A stretch of DNA of 63,701 nt, counting the filler, from Salisapilia sapeloensis CBS 127946 (taxonomy: Eukaryota; Protista; Oomycota), in NCBI GenBank assembly GCA_023334545.1. It is 16 parts of 16 records of this genome, joined end to end, with 100 filler letters (N's around TTAATTAATTAA, not from the genome) between each part and the next. Parts side by side here need not be neighbours in the genome. Positions count along the whole stretch, not along the records: positions 35,695 to 55,577 come from JAADVB010000304.1; positions 55,678 to 57,280 come from JAADVB010001094.1; positions 57,381 to 63,701 come from JAADVB010000570.1; 13 more parts are not named here. One strand, 5' to 3'. A program made the position numbers and the translations under genes. How positions within the stretch are numbered: the stretch's first letter is position 1; every line of letters starts with the position of its first letter. Positions 48,732-60,360 of the stretch are shown here, one piece after another. The notes beneath the pieces were generated by a model that was not told the DNA's origin, ran no database searches, and saw only the letters and a program-made list of their open reading frames with translations.

Positions 48732-50267
48732 AAAGGAGAGAAAAAGATGTTTGAATGGTGCTGACGTTGGGTTCGAGATTGATTCGCACTCCTGGCAAGC
48801 TGCTTCGTTAACGAAATAACTTTTATTATGCTATGTCCATTCGTGATGCCTCTGTATTGTACTCCTTGTGGGTAGACCACTATACTCTTTTACTTTTCTT
48901 TTTATATTGACACTGGTGACTTCTGTCTGAAGCGATTGATACCTTCGTGGCCAGACTAAACTGCTTAAGCTATCGTATCAACTTCTGCTTGTTCTCCATC
49001 ATCAAGCCATTAATCGACTAGTTTAGGTCAACTTTACGTACGTCTGCATCGTGAGATAGTCGTTTTGGAACGCTCTTCATATAAATTTCCCACTTAAAGA
49101 ATGAAATACTATATCGAAAAACTTATTAACGTGATTTGCTTCTAAGAGGCATTTATTTACTTATTAAGGATCCTTGTGAATCCTTCCGCAACAGGCGGTG
49201 TGAACGAGGTGATGCCCTTTTGTGGTGATAAGAATGGAATCAGTCAATGCATGTCGTAAAGCACAAATGATGTCCAGAATTCTGGCCGCCGAAATGATAT
49301 CTCGGACGTTCCAGCGAGGGCTTCTCCCATCCCCCAAACCTAGTGAAAATTAAAGCTCGAGTAGTGCAAGCCTAAGCACAAATTGCTGGATGCAGAAAGC
49401 TTTTCTTGTTCAAGAGTTGAACTATCGGATGCTACAAGACCGACATCTCCCGCAATGACAGAATTTTGATAAAAGTTATTCCGAGGCAGCACCAGTTGTA
49501 AATACCAAAATTAGATTACACTCATCATTCACAAAGGATTTATATCGGAAGTACATCTTGCTATTCTGCAATTCCACGCCCCTCCCCGGGTAATACCAAA
49601 TTGGTCCTGTTCAAAATTGGTCCTATTCAAAATCGGACTTTTACAAGAGCTTCAGCTCGAGTATCATCGCTCATCTGGGATTCTACAGTATATACGTGGG
49701 TTTTCTAGTAAGTGACGTATAGTTGCCGCCATGTACACCCTTCAGCCTTTGCCTTTTATTCTCAAGCAACGGTGAATACTGATAAGTGGAAAGTTTGTGA
49801 TTTGTCGGTTACGAAGACCTCATCCGTGCTTCGAAACAGGTCACATAGCGTTAGTAGGGTCAGACGAGTGTATTTGGTATCGGCGTCGGACATTTGAGCA
49901 CATACTAGGTTTCTCTGGACACCAACGCGCGATTTTGCACAAATGCCAATAGTGTTTCCAGGCTGGACGCATTTGTGGCTCTCCGTATCAGCTTCTGGCT
50001 CAATCAATCCTCGTGCTTTCACTTCGCTCGAGTCTATGTCTTTTCCATGTACAAGACTTACCTAGATACATAACATGCACTCATCATCCATTTGCACGAT
50101 ACCTGAGCATTCTATTTCTACTTTATATGGGCTTCATCTTTCCATGTTCTTGTAAGCGCACCTACTAAACGGAGCGACTTTCACTCAACGCTGGATTCCG
50201 AACACAGATAGGATTTGCTCATTTTCCAACTTTCCATCAACCTCGTATTGCAACTATCAGCACTATC

Positions 50268-52069
50268 ATGGACCGTGCAATAGAAACTTTCCACCAACTT
50301 TCTACACCTCAAGCCGTCGGGGTTGTAGCACTTCCACTTGCGGCAGGATATATGCTCTTGTCATACTATCGAAAGCCTCGTGTCTACGCTCCTGGCGGTC
50401 AGCCAATTCCTCGTCCGAAAGGAGCGTTGCCATTCTTGGGTAGCACCATACTAGTTGCTCGCAACCGTAATCGGTATGTACCAGCTTTTCCTCGATAGAC
50501 TTTACTAGTCTCATTACTGATACGTTGAATCAATAGATATGTTGACTGGATGTCTGAAGTATGCAAGGAGAAAGAAGGGAAACCTTGGCTGTTGGAAATT
50601 GTCGGTCGATATCCTCTACTTGTTGTTTCCAGTCCTGCTACCATCGAAGACGTTTTCAAGACGCAAAGTGATCTCTTCATCAAGAGTCCCCACATGATAT
50701 ATCTCTTATTGGATCGATTCGGAGATGGCATTGCCAACAGCAATGGTAGTCAGTGGACGTACCAGCGGAAAACTGCTTCTCACTTGTTCAGTATGCAGAT
50801 GATGAAAGATGTCATGCATACGACGATTCTAGAGCGTACTCGAGAATTTCTTCAAGTCTTACGTGAGCATGCAAAGACAGAGTCGGTCATCTCTGCTCGA
50901 ACTTTGTTCACGGAATTAACAACGGATATCTTTACTCAGGTATAAAGCACTTTGTGTCTTCATTTGAGTCATTCGCGTAACTTCTGTGAAACTAGGTTGG
51001 GTTTGGCATTGATATGGAAAGCTTGCAAAAGGGATTGCGAGGAGAAACGAACGACTTTATCGAAAGTATTCGTGTCTTATCTGTTAATGCCGTGCATCGA
51101 ACTCAGATGCCAGAATGGCTATGGCAGCTCCGACGGATGCTCCGAATTGGTGAAGAAGCCGACGTTGTCAAGAGCAAAAACTACTTGGACGCCTTGATCT
51201 ATGACATCATTGAAAAATCTATCAATAAGAAGAAACTAGAGATGCAAGATGAAGGCGTTGCTGATAACTCCAAGTCTCACGCAAAGAATTTGGTCACTCT
51301 TATCCTCGACAGCCAAGCGAAGCAAGCTGCCACACCAGGAAGTTTCCAAGTGAACACTACCTTGATTCGCGACATGGCTCTCAATTTCTTTGCTGGTGGC
51401 GCGACAACCACAAGCTCTACTTTGTCATGGATCCTTCTCGAGCTCAATCGACATCCGGATGTACTAGCAAAAGTCCGCGATGAGATCAAGATCAAACTAC
51501 CACATCTCTTGGAAAGAAACGCGGATGTCCCGACCGCAGAAGAGACTAGTCAGCTTCATTACTTGGAGGCAGTGATTCGAGAGACACTGCGTCTAGATAC
51601 GACGGGTCCACTTACCCACCGGTATGCCTCGGAGTCAACTACACTGATTGACGGGACGTATGTGGGCAAAGGCATGGGCATCATGGTTTCGATGCATGCA
51701 CCAGGAATCCTGCCTAGTGTGTGGGGTGAAGACGCTCGTGTGTACAGACCCGAGCGATGGATCGACCCATTAACGGGAGACATCATTCCTTTCACGGAAT
51801 CTAAATTTCCGGCCTTTGTACGTTCCTAACTACCATTTATCTATATTCTGCGTGCTTAAAAGTGTTTGCTGTGAACATAGGGTGGTGGAGCCAGACGATG
51901 TATCGGACAGCGAATGGCGATGGTCGAATTACAAGTCGTTTTATGTGCGTTGCTCTGTAAGTTTGACTTGAAGATGTTGGAGGATCCACACACTATTGGC
52001 AGTGTTGTCGGAGTGGAGCTGACTGTCGATAGCGAATTACCAGTTAAGGTGGTCCCCTACCAAGCGTAG
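50268..52069 (+). CDS. Cytochrome P450 (CYP86/CYP704-like clan), four exons (50268-50473, 50537-50939, 50996-51817, 51881-52069), 539 aa
   Basis: N-terminal anchor and Pro-rich hinge, WTYQRK, K-helix ETLR, PERW, heme motif FGGGARRCIG spanning the last intron; three GT-AG introns of 56-63 bp keep the frame. Confidence 0.92.
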
Positions 52070-53301
52070 TTGAAAATATGTTTGGGTCCTATCGATGATT
52101 GAATTCTGTCACGGAATACGAAATGAAATGACAAAGTTTATATATGCACTTGCAGCTTTTTATGTGCATTATCAATAAGCTACGATACGGCTATGTTGTG
52201 CTCACTAACTCGTGTACACACAATGCGAGCTACGATAAGAAAGCTTGGTAAATTATGTGCCGAAAAGGTTCTTGTCGGGTACTACTTGCTCACTGAAGAT
52301 ATCTAAAATCAAACTGTCATTGCAAGAAGTGATATACTGAGCTCGTACGCGGTCCCTACCTCTATAAGAAGAAACTAAGAGACTGCATAAGTTTTCTTTA
52401 ATACATAAAATAGGTTGTCGTTTTCATGTGCAGTCTTTGTATATCATTATAATGCATCTTTGCGATCAATGCCAACCGCATACGCTTAATCCTCCAATAA
52501 AGTCTAACTGTATGTGCGAAAGATGTCGAGTGTCAATCCTAGTACTATATTCTGTCGTCTAAACCAATTACAAGGTGTCTGATACACAAACTGGAGCCAT
52601 TGCGACCTCACCTATGCTGGCATTGTCGTCTGCACAAGCATAAATTGTTTGCCTCTTACCTTTGCAACAGTCCAGACCTATGTTTTAATCGTCAATGCTT
52701 GCTTCATCCTGCACAACACAACTTTGTACGACTTTTAATACTCCTTCATGTATATATCTATTCATAGCACAAGTAATGCAAGAAAAGCAGGAATGGTACT
52801 CATGCATGCCGATGCTTAAAACAGCAGTCCTAGAGGAGATGAATTAAGCATTAGCACTCGTACTAGCCTAGAATAGCGGATACGAAAGGCTATCAAAAGC
52901 CAAGTTTTTATCACAACATACGTCGTACCATCTGGCCTTGGATGACCGGCTCGAATGCCCTGTCCGATGCATCAAACCTGCTCATTTCAAAGAGCACAAA
53001 AGCTCGCCAGATCTTTTTTATATGCGATGAAGGTATCTTGGATAATCTCTATTTTCAAAGTATCTTTAGTCTTTCGACCGTTAGCATTCATCTGCATTAA
53101 TTGAGCTTTTCTAGCTTCCAGATAGGTTTCATCCTCAAATATTGGATTTCTTGTAGAGTTTGATGGTCCCCTTCTTTATCCAAGATGAGCTGGCAAACGT
53201 GGGCAGGAGCGCTGTGATAAATGTTTGGTCTCTACAGCATTAGTAGTTCTAGGTACAAATATCACAAGACCATTCTCACAAGTTTTGCTCTTCCGCCGAC
53301 G

Positions 53302-54423
53302 ATGGAATTGTTTCAAGACCCGTTCATATTGGACGAGGCTATGCCTGCATCCTCGGCATCGGCGAGCAGCAGCGATGATAGTTTGTCATCCATGGACGAT
53401 AGCACTAGTATCGCTCAGGATTCGTCGGGTGATACTGGAGAACCCATTCCTGGTGGCATTCTCGCCGAAGCCGACCCCGCTTTCAAGTACACGAAAGTAG
53501 ACGAATCGGCTAAAGGTGATACGTGCCTTTGGTACAACGATCAAGAATGTACTCGACCACGGTCGTGTCGAGACTGTCTTAATGTGAGAGTTGACGAAGA
53601 CAGCAAGGTATACACGTCTTTAAGTTGCCATGTACAAAGCTCACATAGCCATTTATAGTGCATGGTGGATCCCGATGGTGCTTGCGTTACTGAAGAATCA
53701 GTCGATTATACGCAAGAAGTAAAATCGGCTCGCTACCAATATAGCGAAGACAACTACTACCGGACGAGATTATTTAAGTATTGCGATGCCGACGATGCCA
53801 TCTGTGAGGACTGGAAGAGAAGATGGAGTTCTGCCTCATCTAGGGACGGATCAAATGAATATTACGTAGATAATGACGGCCAATGGCGGGAAGGCGAGAA
53901 CACGTTGAATGTGGGATTCGATAGCGACATTCCACCCTATGTCGTGGGAGAAGACGGAGAGTGTGTATGTATTCGAGCATGCGAAGTTGACGATTGGAAG
54001 GAAACGGTCATAGAAATGCAGTGCAAGGAAGAGTCTAGCTCCCATGTTAATAGCACCACCATCACGGTCGCAGTTGCTGGTGCAGTAGCACTATTCCTCA
54101 TGATCGGTTACATTGTCTCATGCTATCGGTTATGCAAAAGCTCTCGTTCGACAGACAACAGCGCTCATATTTCTCACGAAACAGCACCCGAGCCAAATGC
54201 TCAATGTGAACAGACGACACCAAGTGTTAGTAAAGGTGAAATTGCGCCACCATTAAATCTCCAGGGATGGAATTCCTACAGGGATCAACTGGTTCATGAT
54301 GAACAAGATCGAATGAGGTATGGCCAAGCATCTGCACCGCCAATTAGTGATATGTACTCTCCCAACGTCGTTGTTGAGGAAGGAGCTGGGCATCGGCTGA
54401 CAGCGCAAAGTGAAGTCAACTGA
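53302..54423 (+). CDS. Oomycete-type Cys-rich single-pass membrane protein, intron 53608-53658; start uncertain
   Basis: CLWY...CTRPRSCRDCLN | CMVDPDGAC PSI-like Cys cluster, CVCIRAC, then TM helix ITVAVAGAVALFLMIGYIV; the intron joins the two ORFs in frame. Confidence 0.72.
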
Positions 54424-55677
54424 CGTGGGCCAACAAACTTTCGCGGATTGATGAATGTAGTGCGGAGTGAGTTCTCCGAGGAAAACGTCCAGCCAACATG
54501 TTTAAAGTTTTGGTGAGCTTGTCAGGTTTCTACTGTTACAGTCAATTGTACGTATATAGGATCGTGGCCCGAAAGTTTTTGCTTTTTGCGTCAAATAAAC
54601 ATACCAAGATCGGTATCCAACAAAAGTTTTCTAGCTAGGTTTCTAGTTTTTAGATGCTATAGGAAATGCATTTATGTACCTAGTCCTACTTTAATTAATA
54701 AAAGTTTTGGTCACTTTCATGTAATAGACTTCTTGCAAGCAAATGATGAGCTGAAAGCCCAGTTTGAGCTAAGTTTTGCGTTACTGTAGATAAGTCATCA
54801 TGCAAAAGATCGGCATCAGGGATAAAAGCTAAAGCATTTATGCATACTTAGGCTGTATAAACCGATAAGCTGCAGGCCGATCTTACTGTTTCTTTCGTTC
54901 ACTTTCATGTTCAAAAATACTATGATCTTTACCTATTTTTAATCTTCGCTGATGACGACCTGGGTCTTAGTGCACAATCTATCAATATATAAATATTTGA
55001 GGAACTATAACACAGATGTTGACATTGCCAATACCTGGAACACTTAGCGAAGAGTTTTCGATCTTGAGTAACAACGTCTTGTGTTTGGTGAATAAGTGGT
55101 AAATGCCATGATCAATACGTTTTGTTATTCGAGCTAAAAGAAAGCTATGGGCGATATAAAAGAAAAGAATAGGGGTATCAAACCTGTCAAAATCGTAAAA
55201 TATAATGAGGTGTCTGACTTCCAAATAATCGGGCATAGCTACAAAAAATCGGAAGTTTTATTTCAGGCGCTCATGAATCAGTCAGTCTCCAGATAAGATA
55301 AATCACCTCCAGAAGTGGTTTTTCTTTTGGAAATAAGATCAGTAGAGCCGAAAGATGAAAAGCTTGCTTAAGAAAAATGAAGTATTTTTTAGGCAGGTTT
55401 GACATCTCCTAATTTCTTGTTCTTGTGAAATTATGCAATGTCATCCGAGCAGTCAGCTTCTTCAAACTCTGTCTGCACAATAGACTGTCGTCACTTTCTC
55501 GGGTAAATGACATCCAGGAGTACCCAGCTCAGTCCAGCACCGATTATGCGTTGAGATTCCTATAGGACATTGCAGAGNNNNNNNNNNNNNNNNNNNNNNN
55601 NNNNNNNNNNNNNNNNNNNNNTTAATTAATTAANNNNNNNNNNNNNNNNNNNNNNNNNNNNNNNNNNNNNNNNNNNN

Positions 55678-57280
55678 ATCCACCTGCTCACAGTACCCCG
55701 TCGACCGCTGGATAGACAGTCGATCCGCTTCATGTCCATTGAGCAGGATCTTTCCTTGGATAGTGCCCTGCGTCTTTCGACAGGCAATGACGTCCATCAG
55801 CGTCGTCTTCCCTGCACCAGTGGACCCCATCAACGCCGTCATGGAGTAAGGAGCTGCGTATCCAGTAATGCCTTTGAGCAAGTCAATATTCGTCATACCT
55901 CTTGCTTCCTGCTGCTTCTTGGGGAGGTTCACCGTGTACCATAGGTCACGGAAGGCTACTGTGACGGGAGTGAATAACCGCTCATGCTCCGTTTGTATTG
56001 GGATAGAAGCATCCTCTTTTTTGCTGTTTGTATCGACAGGAGCCTCCGATGTTTCCGGGAGCTCAAGCCTCCTTTCAAATCGATGCCTTTGATTGTCTTT
56101 AATGTCAGTATCAAGGCGCTCCGCATCTTTGAGTGAGATATGCTCTGGTTTTTCGTATCGATAGTACTCTAGCGTCATGCACCCAAGGATGTTAAAGAGG
56201 ATGTACGACGCTATCATGAAGATAAATCCAAAGTATATCCAGGACTTGTTTTCCGGAATGTCATATAGCGACAGAAAGTGTTCGCCAGCATTCTTTCCAT
56301 CATAGTATGCGCAGTAGTCAGTATTATTGAACTCGCACCTGTCAAACTCATCGCTCCGGTACTGACTGACGAGGATGGATCGTAAGGACCATGCGAGTGG
56401 ATCGATCCAGTAGATCCAGATAAAGTAATCCGGAATGTTTTCACGCGTCACGATGAAGCCAGCATAGAGGATGAGGAAGAGCAGTGTTACCATCACCAGT
56501 GGCTTTGCGATATTGAAATTGGGCGCGATAGCAGTGAGGAAGAAGAAGACGGAGAGAAAGAGCAGGATAGCAAAGAACTGGTGCAGCAAGAAGAGGATGA
56601 AGACCCAGGCGTCAGAGACTAGTCCAGACATCCAGTACAGCATGCTACAGAAGGAGAGCGTCTCGATCACAGCAGTGGGCAGTAAGCTTATGCTCATGGC
56701 TATGACGTAGGAGGACGTTCGATAGAAGTTGGCACCTCGTTGCTTGTAAAAGATACTTCGACTGTCGAAAAATGTTGGGAGGATGGCAATTTGGCCTAGA
56801 CCAAGGAACATGGTTCCAGCGAAGCAGGCGCCAATGACCACTTGCATGTCCGTCATCTCGATTTGCCAGAACAGACTGGCGTACATCAGACCACCGAAGA
56901 CGACCATGAAAGCACGCCCGAGTAGGAAGAACTTGTCACGCAGAATCAACATCATCCGATACTTGGCGACGGTCAGCGTGCTCTTCCAGAACGACTGTTG
57001 GAATTCTGGTAGTGGCTCAATCTGATCTTTGGCAGTTCGTTCGAGCTCTTTTGAGATCGGAGTGTCCAGTACTTCTACCTGACGCTGGTAAGCTTCTGAG
57101 TGAAGATAAAAGCTGCCAAACTCGTCGGCAGAACGCGGGTGTTGATTCGTACCGGCAGGGAACCTTCCTGTCTCGTACTGATACTGCTGCTTCGTGCCAA
57201 GGTCACAGAGGAAGTCGGCTAGATCACGGTGCGGCGGACGCTCGAAGCCAAGAGAGTTGAAGTGCTCTTCTGCCTTGCTG
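55678..57280 (-). CDS. ABCG/PDR-type ABC transporter, internal fragment (TMD1 to start of NBD2)
   Basis: Frame open over the entire contig: DLADFL, IFYKQRGANFYRTSSY, WIYWIDPLAW, VAFRDLWYTV, Walker A GSTGAGKTT, STGYCEQ. Confidence 0.93.
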
Positions 57281-57380
57281 NNNNNNNNNNNNNNNNNNNN
57301 NNNNNNNNNNNNNNNNNNNNNNNNTTAATTAATTAANNNNNNNNNNNNNNNNNNNNNNNNNNNNNNNNNNNNNNNNNNNN

Positions 57381-57630
57381 TGGTGGAGATGTGGACAAGC
57401 AGGATGAAGATGGCGTGACTCCACTTCATTGGGCTGTTGAGAATGGACACGTGGAGGTGGTGGATGTGCTACTACGCAATGGTGGAGATGTGGACAAGCA
57501 GAATAAAAATGGCGAGACTCCACTTCATTGGGCTGTTGAGAATGGACACGTGGAGGTGGCTGAGGTGCTACTACGCAATGGTGGAGATGTGAACAAGCAG
57601 AATAAAAAAGGCTCGACTCCGCTTCATATC
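57381..57630 (+). repeat. Near-identical 99-bp tandem repeats encoding ankyrin units
   Basis: Units start at 57381, 57480 and 57579 with TGGTGGAGATGTG; the contig begins inside the array, so the copy number is unknown. Confidence 0.9.
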
Positions 57631-60360
57631 GCTGCTCACAAGGAACACGTGGAAACAGCAAATATACTGGCTAAGTGGGGAGCAAACCCGGATAAAAGAA
57701 ACTATTTCGGCAGAAGTGCTGTGTCCATTGCCAACCAAGGTAGGAATGCAGACATAATGGTGTCTCTTTTAAAACCATTCACAAGCTTAACAAAAGCCGT
57801 CGAAAGTGGCAATCAAGAGGCTGTGCAAGGTGTCTTACGACAGTCGATCGCTCAAAGGGATGTGAGTGAGATGAAGACTAGCTACCAAGATATTACAAAA
57901 GCTATACAAGGTATGAAAGAGTCAGATTGGAAGCGTGCACTCTCCTCCGTCATGCATGAACACAGACTCGAGGTGTTGTTCTTTGCGTTTATGACGGAGG
58001 ATGCTGAAGAGAGAGAGAATATCATCAACTGGATTAACAGGAAAAGGGCATGGATGGAAACCGCAAGATTTCTAGACGGTCTGACGTTAATGCAGCGTGC
58101 TGCTGTCCATCAAAATCTGACGGCATTTGAGGCTATGATACGCTATGAACTTGACCCCTACAAGAGTATCAATGACGAATCGCTGGCATCGGAAGCAGAA
58201 GAAAGTGAAGATCCGAAGAAAGAAGCACGAGACACGATATTGGAGGCTATGAAAGTCCACTTTAAAGAATGTGCTCAGACTCTCATCCAAGGCCAAGACA
58301 TGTCGATTACAGACCAAGCCAAGCTCATCCAGTCGACGCTCTTATGTTCGATGTCTATGAAAGATGTCGGGCTTGTGATGAAACTAGCTGTGGGTCATCT
58401 TCAGCCGGAAACGTTAAAACCATTTGTTCAGAAAGGTTTAAAAATGTCGATCAATCGCTGCTTCGTCTATGAAAATGATGATCGAGACCTCTTTCTGAAG
58501 ATCAATTTAGAGATGAAAAAGCGAAAGATCATTTCGGAAGAGCTAAAGTATTATTTCTTTGCTGAAATGATGAAGGTAAATGTGGAGAACGCAGAGTGGG
58601 TTCGACGTATAAAACGAAGTGTGCGAAAGCTTGATAAGCGTCAGACAGCTACTGAGACAAACTGCAAGGTGCTTCAAAGCAACTTTAAAGCGCTAGCTGT
58701 GGCGCTAGAAGAAAACAGAAAACGCGAAGCGGAGAAAGAGAGAGCGCTGGCTAAATTTCTAGCAGAGAAGGAGAAGCGGCAAATGGAGAGGGAGAAAGCA
58801 ATGGCAAAGATTTTACAAGAAAGGGAAGAAAGGCAGCTTGAGAGAGAGAAGGCACTAGCAAAAGCTGTAGAGCAAAAGGAAAAAAGACAAATCGAGAGAG
58901 AAAAGAACTTGTTGAAGACTCTGCAAGAGAAGGATGCACGAGACGCTGAGAAAGAAAAAGCATTGCTTACCGCGCTCAATAAAAAGGAAAAACAGCGACT
59001 AGAAAGAGAGAGACAACTATTGACAGCCATGAAAGAAAAGGATAAAATGGAGAGAAAGAGGAAAAAGATCCGCGTGGGCATACGTATTCTTTGTGCACCG
59101 CTCGCGTTCGTAAATCTTAGTTGCGTCCCGGAGATAGTAGACCTTGTTATGTCTGTCAAGGATGCGGCATCCAGCACGTTTGAAGGCACTCTAAACGGGA
59201 TCGAAGAGCTCATGAACAACGAAGAGATACAAAATGCACTCAGTGAGGCTGCCATTCCTCCGTGTGAATTTGCAGCTATGCTACAAGAAGCCGTTTCCGC
59301 AGTGAACATGGAAAGCATGAAATGTGGTGTTGCAGAAGGTGATGATGAGACTTTCCATGCTCTCGACGATGTCACCACCGAGCTAGATGCAGCCATTTCC
59401 GAAGTGAATACTGAATTGGAGAATGTTTGCTCCACTCTAGATGACATCGAGGCCACTCTTCCTCATGACCATTTTGCGTCTAAACTGGAAGAGCTCCTTT
59501 CCAATTTAGACGCTGAAAGTGAGGGTGACTGTACTGCAGAAGATGCGAACGAAGACGCATCAAACAGTGCTGATGCAAGCAACCCACCCTTTGATGCCTC
59601 AGCGGAAGAACCCGGCTTTGAGCTCCCAGAGGACTATGACAATGACCCTTTGGATCGAGACAATCAGTCTAAGCAAGAGGATGAGTTAACTGAGGACACC
59701 CCGACTTCTCAACCAGATGCATCGCCTGATGACACCCAACCTGATCCGCAAGATTCATCTCCTAAGAACAAGAAAATCAGACCGCAAGGTCCGCCTACTA
59801 ATAAGAACAAGACCTGTCAGCCAGACGCGTCTCCTGAGGACAAGAAAGTCAGCCAAAGAGACGCAAATGGATCTCACAAAGCAAATCGGATTTCTATGGC
59901 GGACGTCGTCAAGATGATCCAGAAGCAGCAGAGAGAGAACAGAGAGAGAGGTGCAGTAGGAAATCAGGCCGGTAGCAGGAGCTCTGCATCGCCAACGACG
60001 ACCGCTAAACCTACATTTGTGGATGTATCCAAGGTTCCAAAGAAGCTTTTCCGAGCACACCCATTACACTACGCCGTCCATATATCTGCCGGTGACAAAA
60101 GCAAATTTGTTAGCTGGGCGGAGTCACTTTTATTGGATGGCGTTAGCATAAACGATATCATGACGCTTCGGGTGCGCGAAGATCATTTGTTGGAAGACTG
60201 GGAAGACATCAATTGCCCGGTATTAATATTTGCTTCCTATCTGGGGTACACCGAGATCATCGAGTGGCTTTTTGTGCAAAGCGATCTGAAAAACATTGAA
60301 CCAACCTTTACTACTCGATGCCGTGCACAAGAGGTTGCGGAGGCACTTGCAGCACCGTAA
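57382..60360 (+). CDS. Ankyrin-repeat protein with long charged helical region and acidic low-complexity segment (5' truncated)
   Basis: GxTPLHWA ankyrin repeats at the N-terminus, 18-residue E/K/R repeats, acidic and Pro-rich linker, C-terminal HPLHYAV and PVLIFASYLG ankyrin-like repeats; frame open from the contig start. Confidence 0.85.
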   Translation, partial: GGDVDKQDEDGVTPLHWAVENGHVEVVDVLLRNGGDVDKQNKNGETPLHWAVENGHVEVAEVLLRNGGDVNKQNKKGSTPLHIAAHKEHVETANILAKWGANPDKRNYFGRSAVSIANQGRNADIMVSLLKPFTSLTKAVESGNQEAVQGVLRQSIAQRDVSEMKTSYQDITKAIQGMKESDWKRALSSVMHEHRLEVLFFAFMTEDAEERENIINWINRKRAWMETARFLDGLTLMQRAAVHQNLTAFEAMIRYELDPYKSINDESLASEAEESEDPKKEARDTILEAMKVHFKECAQTLIQGQDMSITDQAKLIQSTLLCSMSMKDVGLVMKLAVGHLQPETLKPFVQKGLKMSINRCFVYENDDRDLFLKINLEMKKRKIISEELKYYFFAEMMKVNVENAEWVRRIKRSVRKLDKRQTATETNCKVLQSNFKALAVALEENRKREAEKERALAKFLAEKEKRQMEREKAMAKILQEREERQLEREKALAKAVEQKEKRQIEREKNLLKTLQEKDARDAEKEKALLTALNKKEKQRLERERQLLTAMKEKDKMERKRKKIRVGIRILCAPLAFVNLSCVPEIVDLVMSVKDAASSTFEGTLNGIEELMNNEEIQNALSEAAIPPCEFAAMLQEAVSAVNMESMKCGVAEGDDETFHALDDVTTELDAAISEVNTELENVCSTLDDIEATLPHDHFASKLEELLSNLDAESEGDCTAEDANEDASNSADASNPPFDASAEEPGFELPEDYDNDPLDRDNQSKQEDELTEDTPTSQPDASPDDTQPDPQDSSPKNKKIRPQGPPTNKNKTCQPDASPEDKKVSQRDANGSHKANRISMADVVKMIQKQQRENRERGAVGNQAGSRSSASPTTTAKPTFVDVSKVPKKLFRAHPLHYAVHISAGDKSKFVSWAESLLLDGVSINDIMTLRVREDHLLEDWEDINCPVLIFASYLGYTEIIEWLFVQSDLKNIEPTFTTRCRAQEVAEALAAP

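Noticed and set aside
49598-49640. About 2.5 copies of a 16-bp unit (AAATTGGTCCTRTTCA)
   Set aside because: Too short and isolated to support a transposon end or array; no partner found in the window.
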